Shown here in pieces: positions 1 through 11,167 of a stretch of DNA of 64,000 bases. The DNA comes from an uncultured Candidatus Binatia bacterium. Its GTDB lineage: Bacteria; Desulfobacterota; Binatia; Bin18. The stretch spans positions 192,001 to 256,000 of the forward strand of contig OZ243961.1 in NCBI GenBank assembly GCA_965214605.1, read 5' to 3'. A model generated the notes under the pieces. It had not been told where the DNA came from. It saw only the letters and a list, made by a program, of their open reading frames with translations, and searched no databases. The position numbers and the translations under genes were made by a program. How positions within the stretch are numbered: the stretch's first letter is position 1; each line of letters begins with the position of its first letter.

Positions 1-4
1 TACC

Positions 5-361
5 ATGGAGCAGGAGGAGTTCTCGATTAGCGACGCGACCGCGCACCGTATCAATCGGGCCAAAGCCCAGGCTAGAACAGTCGTTGCGGTGGGCACAACC
101 ACTACCCGAGCCCTCGAATCAGCCTGTGATCCCGCCGGTTCTGTCCGAGCCGGTCGACAGCAGACCGACCTGTTCATCTATCCGGGCTTCCGCTTTCGGG
201 TGATTGACGGCTTGATCACCAATTTTCACCTGCCCCGTTCGACCCTACTGATGCTGGTAGCCGCCTTTGCCGGGAGAGACTTGATCCTGCGTGCCTACGC
301 CGAGGCGGTTGCCCAAGGTTACCGTTTTTACAGCTATGGCGACGGCATGTTCATTGTGTAG
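5..361 (+). CDS. queA: S-adenosylmethionine:tRNA ribosyltransferase-isomerase, C-terminal part (gene begins before the window)
   Basis: Motifs [28 protein letters not shown] and [10 protein letters not shown]; directly upstream of tgt. Confidence 0.95.
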   Translation: MEQEEFSISDATAHRINRAKAQARTVVAVGTTTTRALESACDPAGSVRAGRQQTDLFIYPGFRFRVIDGLITNFHLPRSTLLMLVAAFAGRDLILRAYAEAVAQGYRFYSYGDGMFIV

Positions 362-483
362 GGGAGCGGAAAGGAAGGCGGCCTCTCCGGGTGTGTCTGC
401 TCCAGACTCTTGGTAGACCAACCGCCTCAGGGGGTGAGTTGCACGCTCGTCGAAAAACGCATACAACAGCCCGGCAAGACTAG

Positions 484-1629
<1,146 letters not shown>

Positions 1630-1641
1630 AGGGGAAGCGCT

Positions 1642-1989
1642 ATGGGAAGTCTAGCCTATGCCCAAGAGGGAGCTGCCGCCGGACCCGGTCCGTTAGTCCA
1701 ATTTCTACCTCTCGTGCTGGTCTTCGCGGTGTTTTATTTTCTGTTAATTCGTCCCCAACAACAAAAGGCCAAAGCCCATAAAGTCATGCTGGGGAATCTG
1801 AAACGCAACGATGAAGTTGTGACGGCCGGGGGCTTGCACGGCAAAATCGTCGAGGTCGGAGAGGCCGACGTCAGGCTTGAAATTGCCTCAAATGTCCGCG
1901 TCCGGGTTGACCGTTCACGGATTGAAACCCTACTTGGCGGCAAGGGCAGAAAAGACACCAAAGAAGGGCGGGACGGGAAGGATAAGTAA
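1642..1989 (+). CDS. yajC: Preprotein translocase subunit YajC
   Basis: FYFLLIRPQQQK and VVTAGGLHG; lies between tgt and secD. Confidence 0.95.
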   Translation: MGSLAYAQEGAAAGPGPLVQFLPLVLVFAVFYFLLIRPQQQKAKAHKVMLGNLKRNDEVVTAGGLHGKIVEVGEADVRLEIASNVRVRVDRSRIETLLGGKGRKDTKEGRDGKDK

Positions 1990-3572
1990 TGGCTAGGGGG
2001 CTTGGGTATCGAATCGCTCTGGTTGCTGGCCTGACCGTGTGGGCGTTCGTCTATCTGATGCCCTCGCTACCGGCAGTGCCCGACTGGTGGCGCGCCGTAT
2101 TGCCCTCCAACCATATCCGATTGGGACTCGATCTGCAGGGCGGCACCCATCTCCTGCTTGAGATCGACTTGGACGAGGCGCTCAGGAACAACCTTGACCG
2201 CACGATTGCTGAGATTCAGCGCATCTTGGACGACGAGGCGATTCGTGTGACAACCATTAGCCGCGAAGACCGAGCTCTTCGTCTCCGGTTGCCCGACCAA
2301 GACGCCAAAAATCAAGCCGAAACTGTACTGTCCGAATGGTTTCCCAACCTCGTGCCAGACGGGGCGCCACCGGCCGCAGACGACGAAATTACGCTGGTCT
2401 ACGACAGCCGCCAGGTCCGCACCGTGCACGAATACGCCATCGACCAAACTCTTGAGACACTGCGCAACCGGATTGACCAGTTTGGGGTGACTGAACCGAT
2501 TGTCCAACGCCAGACCGATCAGTTTAGTGGAGAAGAACAGGTGGTCGTCCAGCTGCCCGGCATCCAAGATGCCGAGCGGGCCAAACGGCTCATCGGCCAG
2601 ACCGCGGTTCTGGAGTTTAAGTTGGTGGCCGTGCCTGGCACGGCAGAGGGAGGCACGATCACACTGAACGGACAGGATCGTGATCCGCTGTCCGGTGAGA
2701 TTATTACTTCGGAATATCGGCTCGAAGAGCGGACCTTAATGACCGGCGAGGCGGTTGCCGACGCGCGGGTGCGTCCCAGCGTTGATATTGAGGGGCCGTA
2801 TGTTGAGCTGATTCTGAGCAGTGCCGGCTCTCGGGTGTTTGAAGAAATTACAGGCGCCAATGTCGGTCGTGAGCTCGCCATCATTCTTGACAATACCGTG
2901 TACTCGGCGCCCCGTATCCGTGAACGTATCGGCGGTGGCCGGGCGTCGATTACGGGTGACTTTGATATTAAAGAGGCTCGCGACCTCGCCATTGTTTTGC
3001 GGGCCGGAGCATTACCGGCTCCAGTGACTATTGCTGAGGAGCGAACCGTCGGACCCTCGCTCGGTCAGGACTCAATCCGTCAGGGCGTGCATTCCTTTAT
3101 TATCGGCGGCGTCATCGTTGTGGTGTTCATGGTCATCTACTATAAGCTGGCCGGGTTACTGACCGATTTTGCGGTGCTGCTCAATATTCTGTATCTGCTG
3201 GCCGCCCTGGCCATGTTTGAGGCCACTCTGACCCTGCCCGGTATTGCCGGGATTATTCTGACGGTCGGTATGGCGGTTGATGCAAATGTGTTGATTAACG
3301 AACGGATACGCGAAGAGTTGCGGCGTGGCAAAAGCGCCCGGGCCGCGGTCGAGTCCGGGTATGAAAACGCTCGTCCGGCCATCGTTGACTCAAATATTAC
3401 GACCTTTCTGTCAGGCTTGATTCTGTTTCAGTTTGGCTCGGGACCGATCCGAGGATTTGCCGTCACGCTGTGTATCGGGATTGTGAGTACCGTCTTTACC
3501 GCGGTGGTGGTGACCCGGATTGTGTACGACTATTTCTTATCGAAGCATCGTGTGGCGGAACTGAGTGTATAA
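1989..3572 (+). CDS. secD: Protein translocase subunit SecD
   Basis: LGLDLQGG, RIDQFGVTEP, LRAGALPAP, GMAVDANVLINERIREE. Confidence 0.97.
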   Translation: MARGLGYRIALVAGLTVWAFVYLMPSLPAVPDWWRAVLPSNHIRLGLDLQGGTHLLLEIDLDEALRNNLDRTIAEIQRILDDEAIRVTTISREDRALRLRLPDQDAKNQAETVLSEWFPNLVPDGAPPAADDEITLVYDSRQVRTVHEYAIDQTLETLRNRIDQFGVTEPIVQRQTDQFSGEEQVVVQLPGIQDAERAKRLIGQTAVLEFKLVAVPGTAEGGTITLNGQDRDPLSGEIITSEYRLEERTLMTGEAVADARVRPSVDIEGPYVELILSSAGSRVFEEITGANVGRELAIILDNTVYSAPRIRERIGGGRASITGDFDIKEARDLAIVLRAGALPAPVTIAEERTVGPSLGQDSIRQGVHSFIIGGVIVVVFMVIYYKLAGLLTDFAVLLNILYLLAALAMFEATLTLPGIAGIILTVGMAVDANVLINERIREELRRGKSARAAVESGYENARPAIVDSNITTFLSGLILFQFGSGPIRGFAVTLCIGIVSTVFTAVVVTRIVYDYFLSKHRVAELSV

Positions 3573-4493
3573 ATGGAACTGATCAGACCCGGAACCAATA
3601 TTGACTTTCTGCGCTATTCCAAAATCGCCGCCGTCTTTTCTAGCCTGATGGTCATGATCGGTCTGATCACCTTCTTTGTCCGGGGCGGGTTGACCTATGG
3701 GGTCGATTTTGCCGGCGGAACGATTGTGCACGTGAAGTTTAGCGACCCGCCTACTATTGCCGAAGTCCGCCAGGCCTTGTCCGAAACCGATATTCAGGAT
3801 CTATCCGTGCAGGATTTCGGCCTGTCTGGAGATGAATTTCTGATTCGTATGGCTGCGCCGGAGACGGATATTACTACCGACAGGAGTCAGACGAGCCCCT
3901 CCGTTCAGGTCCAAGATACCCTTAAAGAACGCTTTGGCCCGCGCTTGCTGCCCATCCAACGGGTCGAAACGGTCGGACCCAAGGTCGGGCGCAATCTACG
4001 GACGCGGGGCATTCTGAGCGTGCTGTTTGCAGCCGTAGTCATGGGGACCTATATTGCCTTTCGATTTCAGCTCAGTTTTGGTATTGGCGCGGCGGTCGCG
4101 CTGTTTCATGACGTACTCATTACGGCCACCGCACTGCTGCTAATGGATGTAGAGTTTGATCTGCCGATTGTGGCCGCCTTTCTGACCGTCATCGGCTATT
4201 CGGTCAACGATACGGTAGTCGTGTGTGACCGGATTCGGGAAAATCTCCGCAAAATGCGCCGGGAGACCCTCGCGACGATCATTCGGCGTAGTATCAATGA
4301 GATGCTCAGTCGGACGCTGATTACCTCTGGGACGACCCTGATGGTTATTGTGGTGCTGTATTTTTTGGGTGGATCGGTCATCAACGGTTTTGCTTTTGTC
4401 TTGCTAGTCGGTTTCACGGTGGGCACCTACTCTTCGATCTATGTTGCCAGCCCGATTGTTTTGCTATGGAGCGGGGAGGGGAGACGGCGGTGA
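3573..4493 (+). CDS. secF: Protein translocase subunit SecF
   Basis: GVDFAGG, VGPKVG, GYSVNDTVVVCDRIRE, GTYSSIYVA. Confidence 0.97.
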   Translation: MELIRPGTNIDFLRYSKIAAVFSSLMVMIGLITFFVRGGLTYGVDFAGGTIVHVKFSDPPTIAEVRQALSETDIQDLSVQDFGLSGDEFLIRMAAPETDITTDRSQTSPSVQVQDTLKERFGPRLLPIQRVETVGPKVGRNLRTRGILSVLFAAVVMGTYIAFRFQLSFGIGAAVALFHDVLITATALLLMDVEFDLPIVAAFLTVIGYSVNDTVVVCDRIRENLRKMRRETLATIIRRSINEMLSRTLITSGTTLMVIVVLYFLGGSVINGFAFVLLVGFTVGTYSSIYVASPIVLLWSGEGRRR

Positions 4494-6265
4494 GTCCGTC
4501 CCCGCTCCACGGTCTTCCTCAAAAACGCTGGCAGCTCCGCCCGGCCAATCATGAACGGCTGCGGCAGCTTGAGGCTGGGTCTAGCCCGATATCGCCCCTG
4601 GTTACCCGTCTGCTGGTCAACCGTGATCTTGACACACCGCAGAAAGTCGCCGCCTTTTTAGCGCCTACTCTGCGGGCGGGGCTGCGCTCGCCCTTGCTCT
4701 TTCCAGATATGCAACGCGCCGCCCAGCGCGTGCTGCGCGCCCGCGCCCAGGCTGAGCCGGTGTGTATCTATGGCGACTACGATGTTGATGGCGTTACCGG
4801 CAGCTCGCAACTGGTCCTGTTTTTACGTGAACTGGGTATGCGGCCTGATGTGTATATCCCGCACCGCACGCGTGAGGGGTATGGCCTGAACGCGACAGCC
4901 ATACACGAGCTTGCCAGAGGTGGCACGCGGCTGCTGATCACGGTCGACTGCGGAGCGTCTGCGCATACCGAAGTAGAACTCGCCCAGCGTTTGGGCATAG
5001 ATGTGATTATCTGTGATCACCATCAGGTGCCCGAGCAGCGTCCCCCCGCCTATGCGGTGCTCAACCCGATGGACAAGGCCTGCTCGTTTTCCTTTTCCGG
5101 CTTGGCCGCGACTGGGGTGGTGTTCTACCTCTTGATGGGGATCCGTATGGCCATGCGTGAACAGGGCGAAACCGGTCTACCGGACGTGCGTCACTACCTA
5201 GACCTGGTGTGCTTGGGCACGGTTGCCGACCTAGTACCGCTGGTCGAGGAAAACCGTGTTTTCGTCAGCTATGGCTTACGGCGTATTGCCGACGCGCAGC
5301 GGCCGGGTATTCGAGCTCTCAAAGAGGTCAGCGGTGAGGCCGAGGTGTCGAGCAGCTATGTCGGCTTTCGACTCGGGCCACGCATCAATGCTGGGGGACG
5401 TCTAGCCGAAGCCCACAAGGCGGTCGAACTGCTGACAACCGCCGATATGGAACGGGCACGGGTGCTGGCCGCGGACTTAGATTTAGAGAATCGGGCCCGT
5501 CAAAACATTGAGCACCAGATGCTTGAGCAGGCCATGTGTCTGGCTGAAGCACTGCCCGATTTGACCCAGCGCAAGAGTCTGGTCCTAGCCTCCCCGGACT
5601 GGCATCCAGGCGTGATCGGTATCGTTGCCTCACGGCTCGTCGAGCGCTTCTCGCGGCCCACCATCATGATTGCTGTAGACGGACAGATGGCCAAGGGGTC
5701 TGGACGGAGTCCCAAAGCTTTTCATCTGTACGAGGGACTGTCTGTCTGTGCCAGCCTCCTTGACAGCTATGGCGGGCATCGTCAGGCAGCCGGCCTCTCG
5801 ATTCGGGCTGACCGTATTGCCGCTTTTGCCGAGCAATTTGAGGCCGTGGTCCACCAGCGGGTCGGGGCTGAGGAATTGCTCCCGGTTATCGAAATTGATG
5901 ACGAACTTGATCTGGCCGCGCTGAGCGCCGCTACGCTCGATGAGATTCGTCAGCTTGAGCCGTATGGACAGGGTAATCCCGAGCCAGTCTTTTGGGCGCG
6001 CAAGGTGGAAGTTGTGTCCCAACGAGTTGTTGGGGCCGATTCGACACGCGGTAAAGTTGGCCACTTAAAGCTTGTGCTGCGTTCGGCCCAGGGGGGAAAT
6101 CCGGTTGATGCCATCGGCTTCGGCTTCGGACATGTGTCGCTTGAGCGGGGCGCGCGGCTAGATATAGTCTATACGCCGACGCTCCATGTGTGGAATGGCT
6201 TGTCTGGTTTACAGCTCCGGGTGCGAGACCTCAGAATTACCTCCCCCGGCGTGGCCCACCAATAG
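4490..6265 (+). CDS. recJ: Single-stranded-DNA-specific exonuclease RecJ
   Basis: YGDYDVDG, DHH, GTVADLVPL, GPRINAGGR, GGHRQAAG; GTG at 4490 overlaps the secF stop (start uncertain, 4466 possible). Confidence 0.95.
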   Translation: MSPSPLHGLPQKRWQLRPANHERLRQLEAGSSPISPLVTRLLVNRDLDTPQKVAAFLAPTLRAGLRSPLLFPDMQRAAQRVLRARAQAEPVCIYGDYDVDGVTGSSQLVLFLRELGMRPDVYIPHRTREGYGLNATAIHELARGGTRLLITVDCGASAHTEVELAQRLGIDVIICDHHQVPEQRPPAYAVLNPMDKACSFSFSGLAATGVVFYLLMGIRMAMREQGETGLPDVRHYLDLVCLGTVADLVPLVEENRVFVSYGLRRIADAQRPGIRALKEVSGEAEVSSSYVGFRLGPRINAGGRLAEAHKAVELLTTADMERARVLAADLDLENRARQNIEHQMLEQAMCLAEALPDLTQRKSLVLASPDWHPGVIGIVASRLVERFSRPTIMIAVDGQMAKGSGRSPKAFHLYEGLSVCASLLDSYGGHRQAAGLSIRADRIAAFAEQFEAVVHQRVGAEELLPVIEIDDELDLAALSAATLDEIRQLEPYGQGNPEPVFWARKVEVVSQRVVGADSTRGKVGHLKLVLRSAQGGNPVDAIGFGFGHVSLERGARLDIVYTPTLHVWNGLSGLQLRVRDLRITSPGVAHQ

Positions 6266-6285
6266 GGCACAGGTTCCTGTGTCCG

Positions 6286-6314
6286 TTGACCACATCTAAG
6301 CGGTATGGTATACC
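6286..6314 (+). promoter_or_regulatory. Putative sigma70 promoter for the downstream methyltransferase
   Basis: TTGACC-N17-TATACC with TG just upstream of the -10; follows a hairpin at the recJ 3' end. Confidence 0.5.
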
Positions 6315-6365
6315 GCGCGAACCGAGGGGGAACAACACATAGCTACTTGGGATAGGGAGGGTGCC

Positions 6366-7061
6366 GTGATTTATGGGCAGAAAGAAGGGGTGCTGAAAAA
6401 TCCTCATGAGAGTAAAATATACTCTCGTTTCTCCCATTTCTATGATCGGATTTTTACTCGACTTTTCACTGAGCGGATTACGAATGCCGTTCAGGCTCTG
6501 AATATTCAGCCGGGCGCAAAGGTGCTTGAAGTCGGAGTCGGAACCGGTCTGTCGCTAGCGGCTTATCCTGCGCATTGCGAGGTGACGGGCATTGATTTGG
6601 CGCCTGATATGCTGGAGCGGGCGCGGGAAAAAACGTTCGACAATGGCTGGCGCCATATCCGGCTGCGGGAAATGGACGCCTTAAATCTCGATTTTCCGGA
6701 CAACTCGTTTGACTATGTGACCTCATTTCACGTTATCAGCGTCGTGCCTGACCCGGTCCGAATGATGAACGAAATCCATCGGGTGTGTAAGCCCGAGGGT
6801 AAGGTCGTCATTATTAACCATTTTCGGACGACAAAACCCGTGATTGGACCGCTTGTCGGTGCACTCGACCCGCTCACCCGGCGTCTGGGATGGAGTGCTT
6901 CACTGCGTTTGACGCAGGCGTTTGGCGAGGTGCCGATTCGGATTGAAAAGCGTTTTAAAACGTCTCCGTTATCGCTGTTCACCGTTGTTGTGGCTGAGAA
7001 CGAGAAGCAGGCCCGCGACAGACACCAACTGCAGGAAAACAGGACGGCCCATCCGTCGTAG
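6366..7061 (+). CDS. Class I SAM-dependent methyltransferase, PmtA-like phospholipid N-methyltransferase
   Basis: VLEVGVGTGLSL, GIDLAPDML, SVVPDP and N-terminal Y-x-R-x3-FYD resemble Rhodobacter-type PmtA. Confidence 0.75.
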   Translation: MIYGQKEGVLKNPHESKIYSRFSHFYDRIFTRLFTERITNAVQALNIQPGAKVLEVGVGTGLSLAAYPAHCEVTGIDLAPDMLERAREKTFDNGWRHIRLREMDALNLDFPDNSFDYVTSFHVISVVPDPVRMMNEIHRVCKPEGKVVIINHFRTTKPVIGPLVGALDPLTRRLGWSASLRLTQAFGEVPIRIEKRFKTSPLSLFTVVVAENEKQARDRHQLQENRTAHPS

Positions 7062-7073
7062 GCGGACGAACTC

Positions 7074-7637
7074 CTATTTCGCCCGTGATAGATAGTTTCC
7101 TGTCTCGGTATCGACCCTGACGGTTTCTCCAATTTCAATAAAACCAGGGACGCGGACAACCAGCCCGGTTTCGGTCGTGGCCGGTTTGAGTTCATTGTTA
7201 ACGGTTGCGCCCTTGAGGGAGGGGGGCGTGTCCTCAACCTTGAGGTCCACGGTCTTGGGCAGGGAAATACCAACCGGCTGGTCGTTATGCAGATCGACCT
7301 TGATCATCAGATTAGGCGTCAAATATTGGACCGCCTCGCCTAGACTGTCCTGTGACAGCTCTATTTGTTCATAGCTCTGGGCGTTCATGAAGTGATAGGC
7401 ACCGCCAGATTCATACAGATACTGCATCTCTTGTTGGTCAAGCACCGCCCGCTCAATTTTGTCGTCTGAGCGAAACTTGTTTTCGGTCTGCAGACCGGTG
7501 CGCAGGTTGCGCAGCTTGGTCTGGACAAAGCCGCGTTTATTGCCTGGAGTGATGTGTATCAGCTCCATCACACGATGGGGGGCGTCATGATACACAATGA
7601 GCATGCCCACTCGCAGCTGGGTTGCCTGTACAAACAT
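7074..7637 (-). CDS. efp: Elongation factor P
   Basis: HITPGNKRGFVQTKLRNL, KPATTETG, VPGFIEIGE, VDTETGNYLSR; ATG at 7637 with upstream GAGGAG. Confidence 0.93.
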   Translation of the reverse strand: MFVQATQLRVGMLIVYHDAPHRVMELIHITPGNKRGFVQTKLRNLRTGLQTENKFRSDDKIERAVLDQQEMQYLYESGGAYHFMNAQSYEQIELSQDSLGEAVQYLTPNLMIKVDLHNDQPVGISLPKTVDLKVEDTPPSLKGATVNNELKPATTETGLVVRVPGFIEIGETVRVDTETGNYLSRAK

Positions 7638-7663
7638 AGGGGACTCCTCCGTTGAAAAAGAAC

Positions 7664-8080
7664 TCAGTGCAACTGATCTTCGGGTGGCGCTGGTGGGGCA
7701 AAGATCGGCGACCCGTGGTGATGGACCATCAACCATTCACCAGCCCGCTTTTCGAAGACGTTCGTGCTTAAAACCTGGGAACGGGAACCGCCGTCTGGGC
7801 CGCTTGATTCGAGATTTTCGATCAACACGACCCAGGCCAGGTCACCTAGCACCTCAACCCGGACATCGCTCAGGGTAAATCGCATCGATTCCGTATTGGT
7901 AAAAATCCGCTCCCAGCTCGCCATCACCGGCCCCCAGCCGCACAAGAGCGGCCAGCCCGGATGGACACATTTGATATAGCTCTCTTGTAACCATCTCTTT
8001 TCCATCTCGCGCATCTCTAGTGTTTCAAAGGCTTGATAGAAGGCTCGATTGGCGGTCAGCACGGCGCTGTGTTCGTCCAT
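7664..8080 (-). CDS. NTF2/SnoaL-like domain protein
   Basis: ANRAFYQAF, CVHPGW, TNVFEK...W.MVHHHGSP. Confidence 0.85.
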   Translation of the reverse strand: MDEHSAVLTANRAFYQAFETLEMREMEKRWLQESYIKCVHPGWPLLCGWGPVMASWERIFTNTESMRFTLSDVRVEVLGDLAWVVLIENLESSGPDGGSRSQVLSTNVFEKRAGEWLMVHHHGSPIFAPPAPPEDQLH

Positions 8081-8535
8081 AGCTTTTCCCTCTTTACGGT
8101 ACAAGTGCCTTTTGGCCTAGCGCAAAAGAGTAGCCTGTTGCAAGCCCATCCTCTTGTGTTTGACGTCTTTTCCCTGGCATACTGCGCGGACCGCCCAATC
8201 GTTTGCCTCAGGAGGCGCCGGTAGTGGGATGACCTCGCTGTCAAAATGCCGTCAGGGAGTGCTCGCGCCTCTGTCCGATTTTGGTCCGTGGGCGTATAGC
8301 TTGAATACGGGAGTCGGCTGGGCTGCAGATTCACCATCTGGTATTGATAAAGGCAGGGTGGTGGACGGCTATAAAATATATGAGGAGCGGCGACGAGGCG
8401 GAGACTATGAGGCAAGACGGAGTCTGTCAGATGGTCGGCCCTGGGCTTTCCTCTCATTCTTTGCCGTCCACGGCCCTCTTCTCAGCAGATCTTTCCGAAC
8501 ACAAGTGAAGACTCTCCCTTAGACGAGGTGGTACG

Positions 8536-9747
8536 GTGAAACAAGCACTCCAGGGGGTAAAAGTTCTTGATTTTACTCAGGTCATGGCGGGACCGTTTTG
8601 CACCCTGCTGCTGGGCGACCTTGGCGCTGATGTGGTCAAGATTGAGCCGCCGAGCGGGGATTCAACGCGTGGCATGGGCGGACGCCAGGGTATGGAGAGT
8701 ACGGCATTTTGGGCCATCAATCGTAACAAACGTGGTATGGTCCTCAACCTCAAACACCCCCAAGCCCAAGAGTTGGCCCGGAAGCTGGCGGCTTGGGCCG
8801 ATATTTGGGTTGAGAACTATCGTCCGGGTGTCATGGACGCCTTTGGCCTGGGCTACACCGACCTGCGCCAGATCAACCCGGGCCTGATCTATGCCTCGGT
8901 GTCGGGCTTTGGTGCAACCGGACCGTACGCCAAAAAGGGCGGCTTTGACCTCGTCGCCCAAGGTATGTCGGGCATTATGTCGGTGACCGGAGAAGAGGGG
9001 CGTCCGCCCGTCAAATGTGGTGTGCCGATCACCGATTTAGCGGCGGCCCTGTTTGCCACCCAAGCGGTTCTGGCCGCCTATATCCATCGTCAAAATACGG
9101 GTCAGGGACAGTATATCGACACTTCGCTGCTTGAAGCCGGCATAGCCCTATCGATCTGGGAATCGACCCAGTACTTTTCGCGGAGAGAAATTCCCGAACC
9201 CATGGGCTCGGCCCACCGCATGTCCGCGCCGTATCAAGCCATCAAATGTGCAGACGGATACATCAATCTCGGCGCGGCCAACACCCGCACCTGGCAACGT
9301 TTTGCCCAAGCCATTGGTCGCCCCGAGCTGCTTGAGCGCCCGGAGTACGAAAATGAGCGTCAACGGGTCGTCAACCGCCATCTGTTAACCCGGGACATTG
9401 AGGACGTGACCAGCACAAAGACTCGCGCTCACTGGCTGGCTGTGCTCGAAGAAGTCGGCGTGCCGTGCGGGCCCATCCTCAATTATGCCGAAGTCTTTGA
9501 CGATCCCCATATCCAGGCCCGCGGCATGGTTCAGGAGATGAATCACCCGGTCGGGGGCAAGGTGCGGGTGCTCGGCCCGGCAGTGAAATTGTCCGAGACA
9601 CCAGCCCGTCTTACCCGCTGCTCGCCCCTCTTTGGCGAGCACACGGCTGAGCTCATGCGTGAGCTTGGCTATTCAGAGGCCGAGATTCAGGAGCTGAGCG
9701 AGGCGGGAGCAGTAGTGTTAGGTGCCGAGGAAGCCCAACCGAACTAA
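8536..9747 (+). CDS. CoA transferase, family III (CaiB/BaiF)
   Basis: VLDFTQVMAGPF, LGADVVKIEPP, NRNKR, ENYRPG, FDLVAQGMSG. Confidence 0.93.
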   Translation: MKQALQGVKVLDFTQVMAGPFCTLLLGDLGADVVKIEPPSGDSTRGMGGRQGMESTAFWAINRNKRGMVLNLKHPQAQELARKLAAWADIWVENYRPGVMDAFGLGYTDLRQINPGLIYASVSGFGATGPYAKKGGFDLVAQGMSGIMSVTGEEGRPPVKCGVPITDLAAALFATQAVLAAYIHRQNTGQGQYIDTSLLEAGIALSIWESTQYFSRREIPEPMGSAHRMSAPYQAIKCADGYINLGAANTRTWQRFAQAIGRPELLERPEYENERQRVVNRHLLTRDIEDVTSTKTRAHWLAVLEEVGVPCGPILNYAEVFDDPHIQARGMVQEMNHPVGGKVRVLGPAVKLSETPARLTRCSPLFGEHTAELMRELGYSEAEIQELSEAGAVVLGAEEAQPN

Positions 9748-10014
9748 GGCTCTTTTCGGAGGAAAACACAGAGAAGTCCGAGCATGGCACCGAGTTGGCC
9801 GATCTCCAGAATAAGGGGTTGTCGGCGAGATCTTCTTTGCTCGGTCAGTGCTGCGCCAACAGGTGGGCTCCATAAATAAACACGACTCCGGCCAGTGTTG
9901 CCAAAGGCAGGAGGCGGGAATGGCTAGCATCATGGGCGGCTGGCAGTAGACTACTCGCCCCGAGATACAGAAGCACGCCGGCAAACCATCCCAGCAGTAA
10001 GGCTAACTGCGGCG
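9714..10014 (+). repeat. 301-bp direct repeat, copy 1 (CoA-transferase 3' end, intergenic DNA and a duplicate ZIP 3' end)
   Basis: Matches 15256-15556 with 6 substitutions by manual comparison. Confidence 0.95.
9845..10014 (-). pseudogene. Duplicated C-terminal fragment of the ZIP transporter
   Basis: Encodes PQLALLLGWFAGVLLYLG...AHLLAQH, the same as the end of 15387-16127, but has no 5' part. Confidence 0.9.
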
Positions 10015-10017
10015 GAT

Positions 10018-10146
10018 TTGACACACGAGTTTGCCGCAACAAGAAATGGCATCCAGATCGCTTCAATCGAAGATTTCGAGAATGTTCAAGGGTCGGATTT
10101 GGGTGATAAACTTGAAGGTGATCAAAACGCGAACACACTCGACGCG
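10018..10146 (+). pseudogene. Fragment of an RTX-like (hemolysin-type Ca-binding) protein gene
   Basis: IEDFENVQGSDLGDKLEGDQNANTLD resembles the IENVxGS..DxLxGDxxANxL repeat unit. Confidence 0.5.
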
Positions 10147-10567
10147 CCTCGCATGTTGGGGTCGACGCGGGCTGGGCCACGCCGACCGCGCCGTTTCCCG
10201 CGATCGGGCGTGGGCATCTGCCTCCGGCATCGTGAGCGACGCTTCGGCGATATCCGGGTCTTACCGGGCGCCGCCCGGAGCAGCCGATCCTCCCGTTGCG
10301 GTCGGCGAGCGCGAAGTGCCGGAGGCAGGCGGCGGCGCCATTGCGGCCGCGAGGTCAGTGGGGACATCGCGGCCCGCCAAGCCCGCGCTTGCGTCGTCGC
10401 CGTTCGCCAACCCGGCTATGAAGAGCACGTTCGGGTCGTTCCGTATCGACGAATAGACTGCCAAAGCCGTTCACATAAGCATAGCGATTCGATACCGGGT
10501 CTCGCGTACATCGTTGCCGATCTCTCTTGTCGCTGGCTCGATCCTAATCGGCGGCTGTCAAGTTTGT

Positions 10568-11167
10568 TCACGAGTTCACCCGTCTCATTCGTCTACTCAG
10601 GTCGTATCTGCAGTTGGAGCGGTTGCTGAAGGCGGCCTCAATCAGAAATTCGAGCCTAGACTTGTTTATTCTTTCCCACGGCGCGACGGAAATCGTGACG
10701 TCCTTCCTCAGAAGATTGTCGATGATCCGATCAGGCATGTACGGATATCGTCGCTTATATTCCGACCGCTGATCGATACTCGTCCATGACGTAACGCCCG
10801 GATACAACAGCTTCTTTTCCTGAGCGCCGTAGGGTGCGTTGAAAGTGTCGGAAATACCTGGCAGATTTATGACCACTATCCCCGACCTCTTGTTCACCGA
10901 GCCGTTGTACATGCTCGAATGAATCTCCCAATCGACATGTTTTCGCCGCTTGGTCTCGCTTCCCACTAGTACAATAGTTACCGTCGAATCCCTGAGATAC
11001 CTGTCTCTTATCGCGCGACGGATCTGCTCATCGGCCCAGTCATCCGGGATGTCGTCGGTGTCAACAGAGCGGTCCACGAATATCGCATTCTCTGCGCCGA
11101 ACCTGCCCAGCGCATCCTTGTACCCCTGATCCCTGCCGTGATGATAGCTAATGAATACCTTGTGCAC
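10568..11167 (-). CDS. ThsB-like TIR protein (MTH538/DUF1863 type)
   Basis: HKVFISYHH, IRDRYLRDSTVTIVLVG and KHVDWEI (catalytic Glu position); GTG start at 11167 with a GGAG RBS, overlapping the SLOG gene end. Confidence 0.85.
   Translation of the reverse strand: MHKVFISYHHGRDQGYKDALGRFGAENAIFVDRSVDTDDIPDDWADEQIRRAIRDRYLRDSTVTIVLVGSETKRRKHVDWEIHSSMYNGSVNKRSGIVVINLPGISDTFNAPYGAQEKKLLYPGVTSWTSIDQRSEYKRRYPYMPDRIIDNLLRKDVTISVAPWERINKSRLEFLIEAAFSNRSNCRYDLSRRMRRVNS

Noticed and set aside
8105-8535. ORF or ncRNA in the spacer before the CoA transferase
   Set aside because: Only promoter-like hexamers are visible; no supportable coding or RNA signature.
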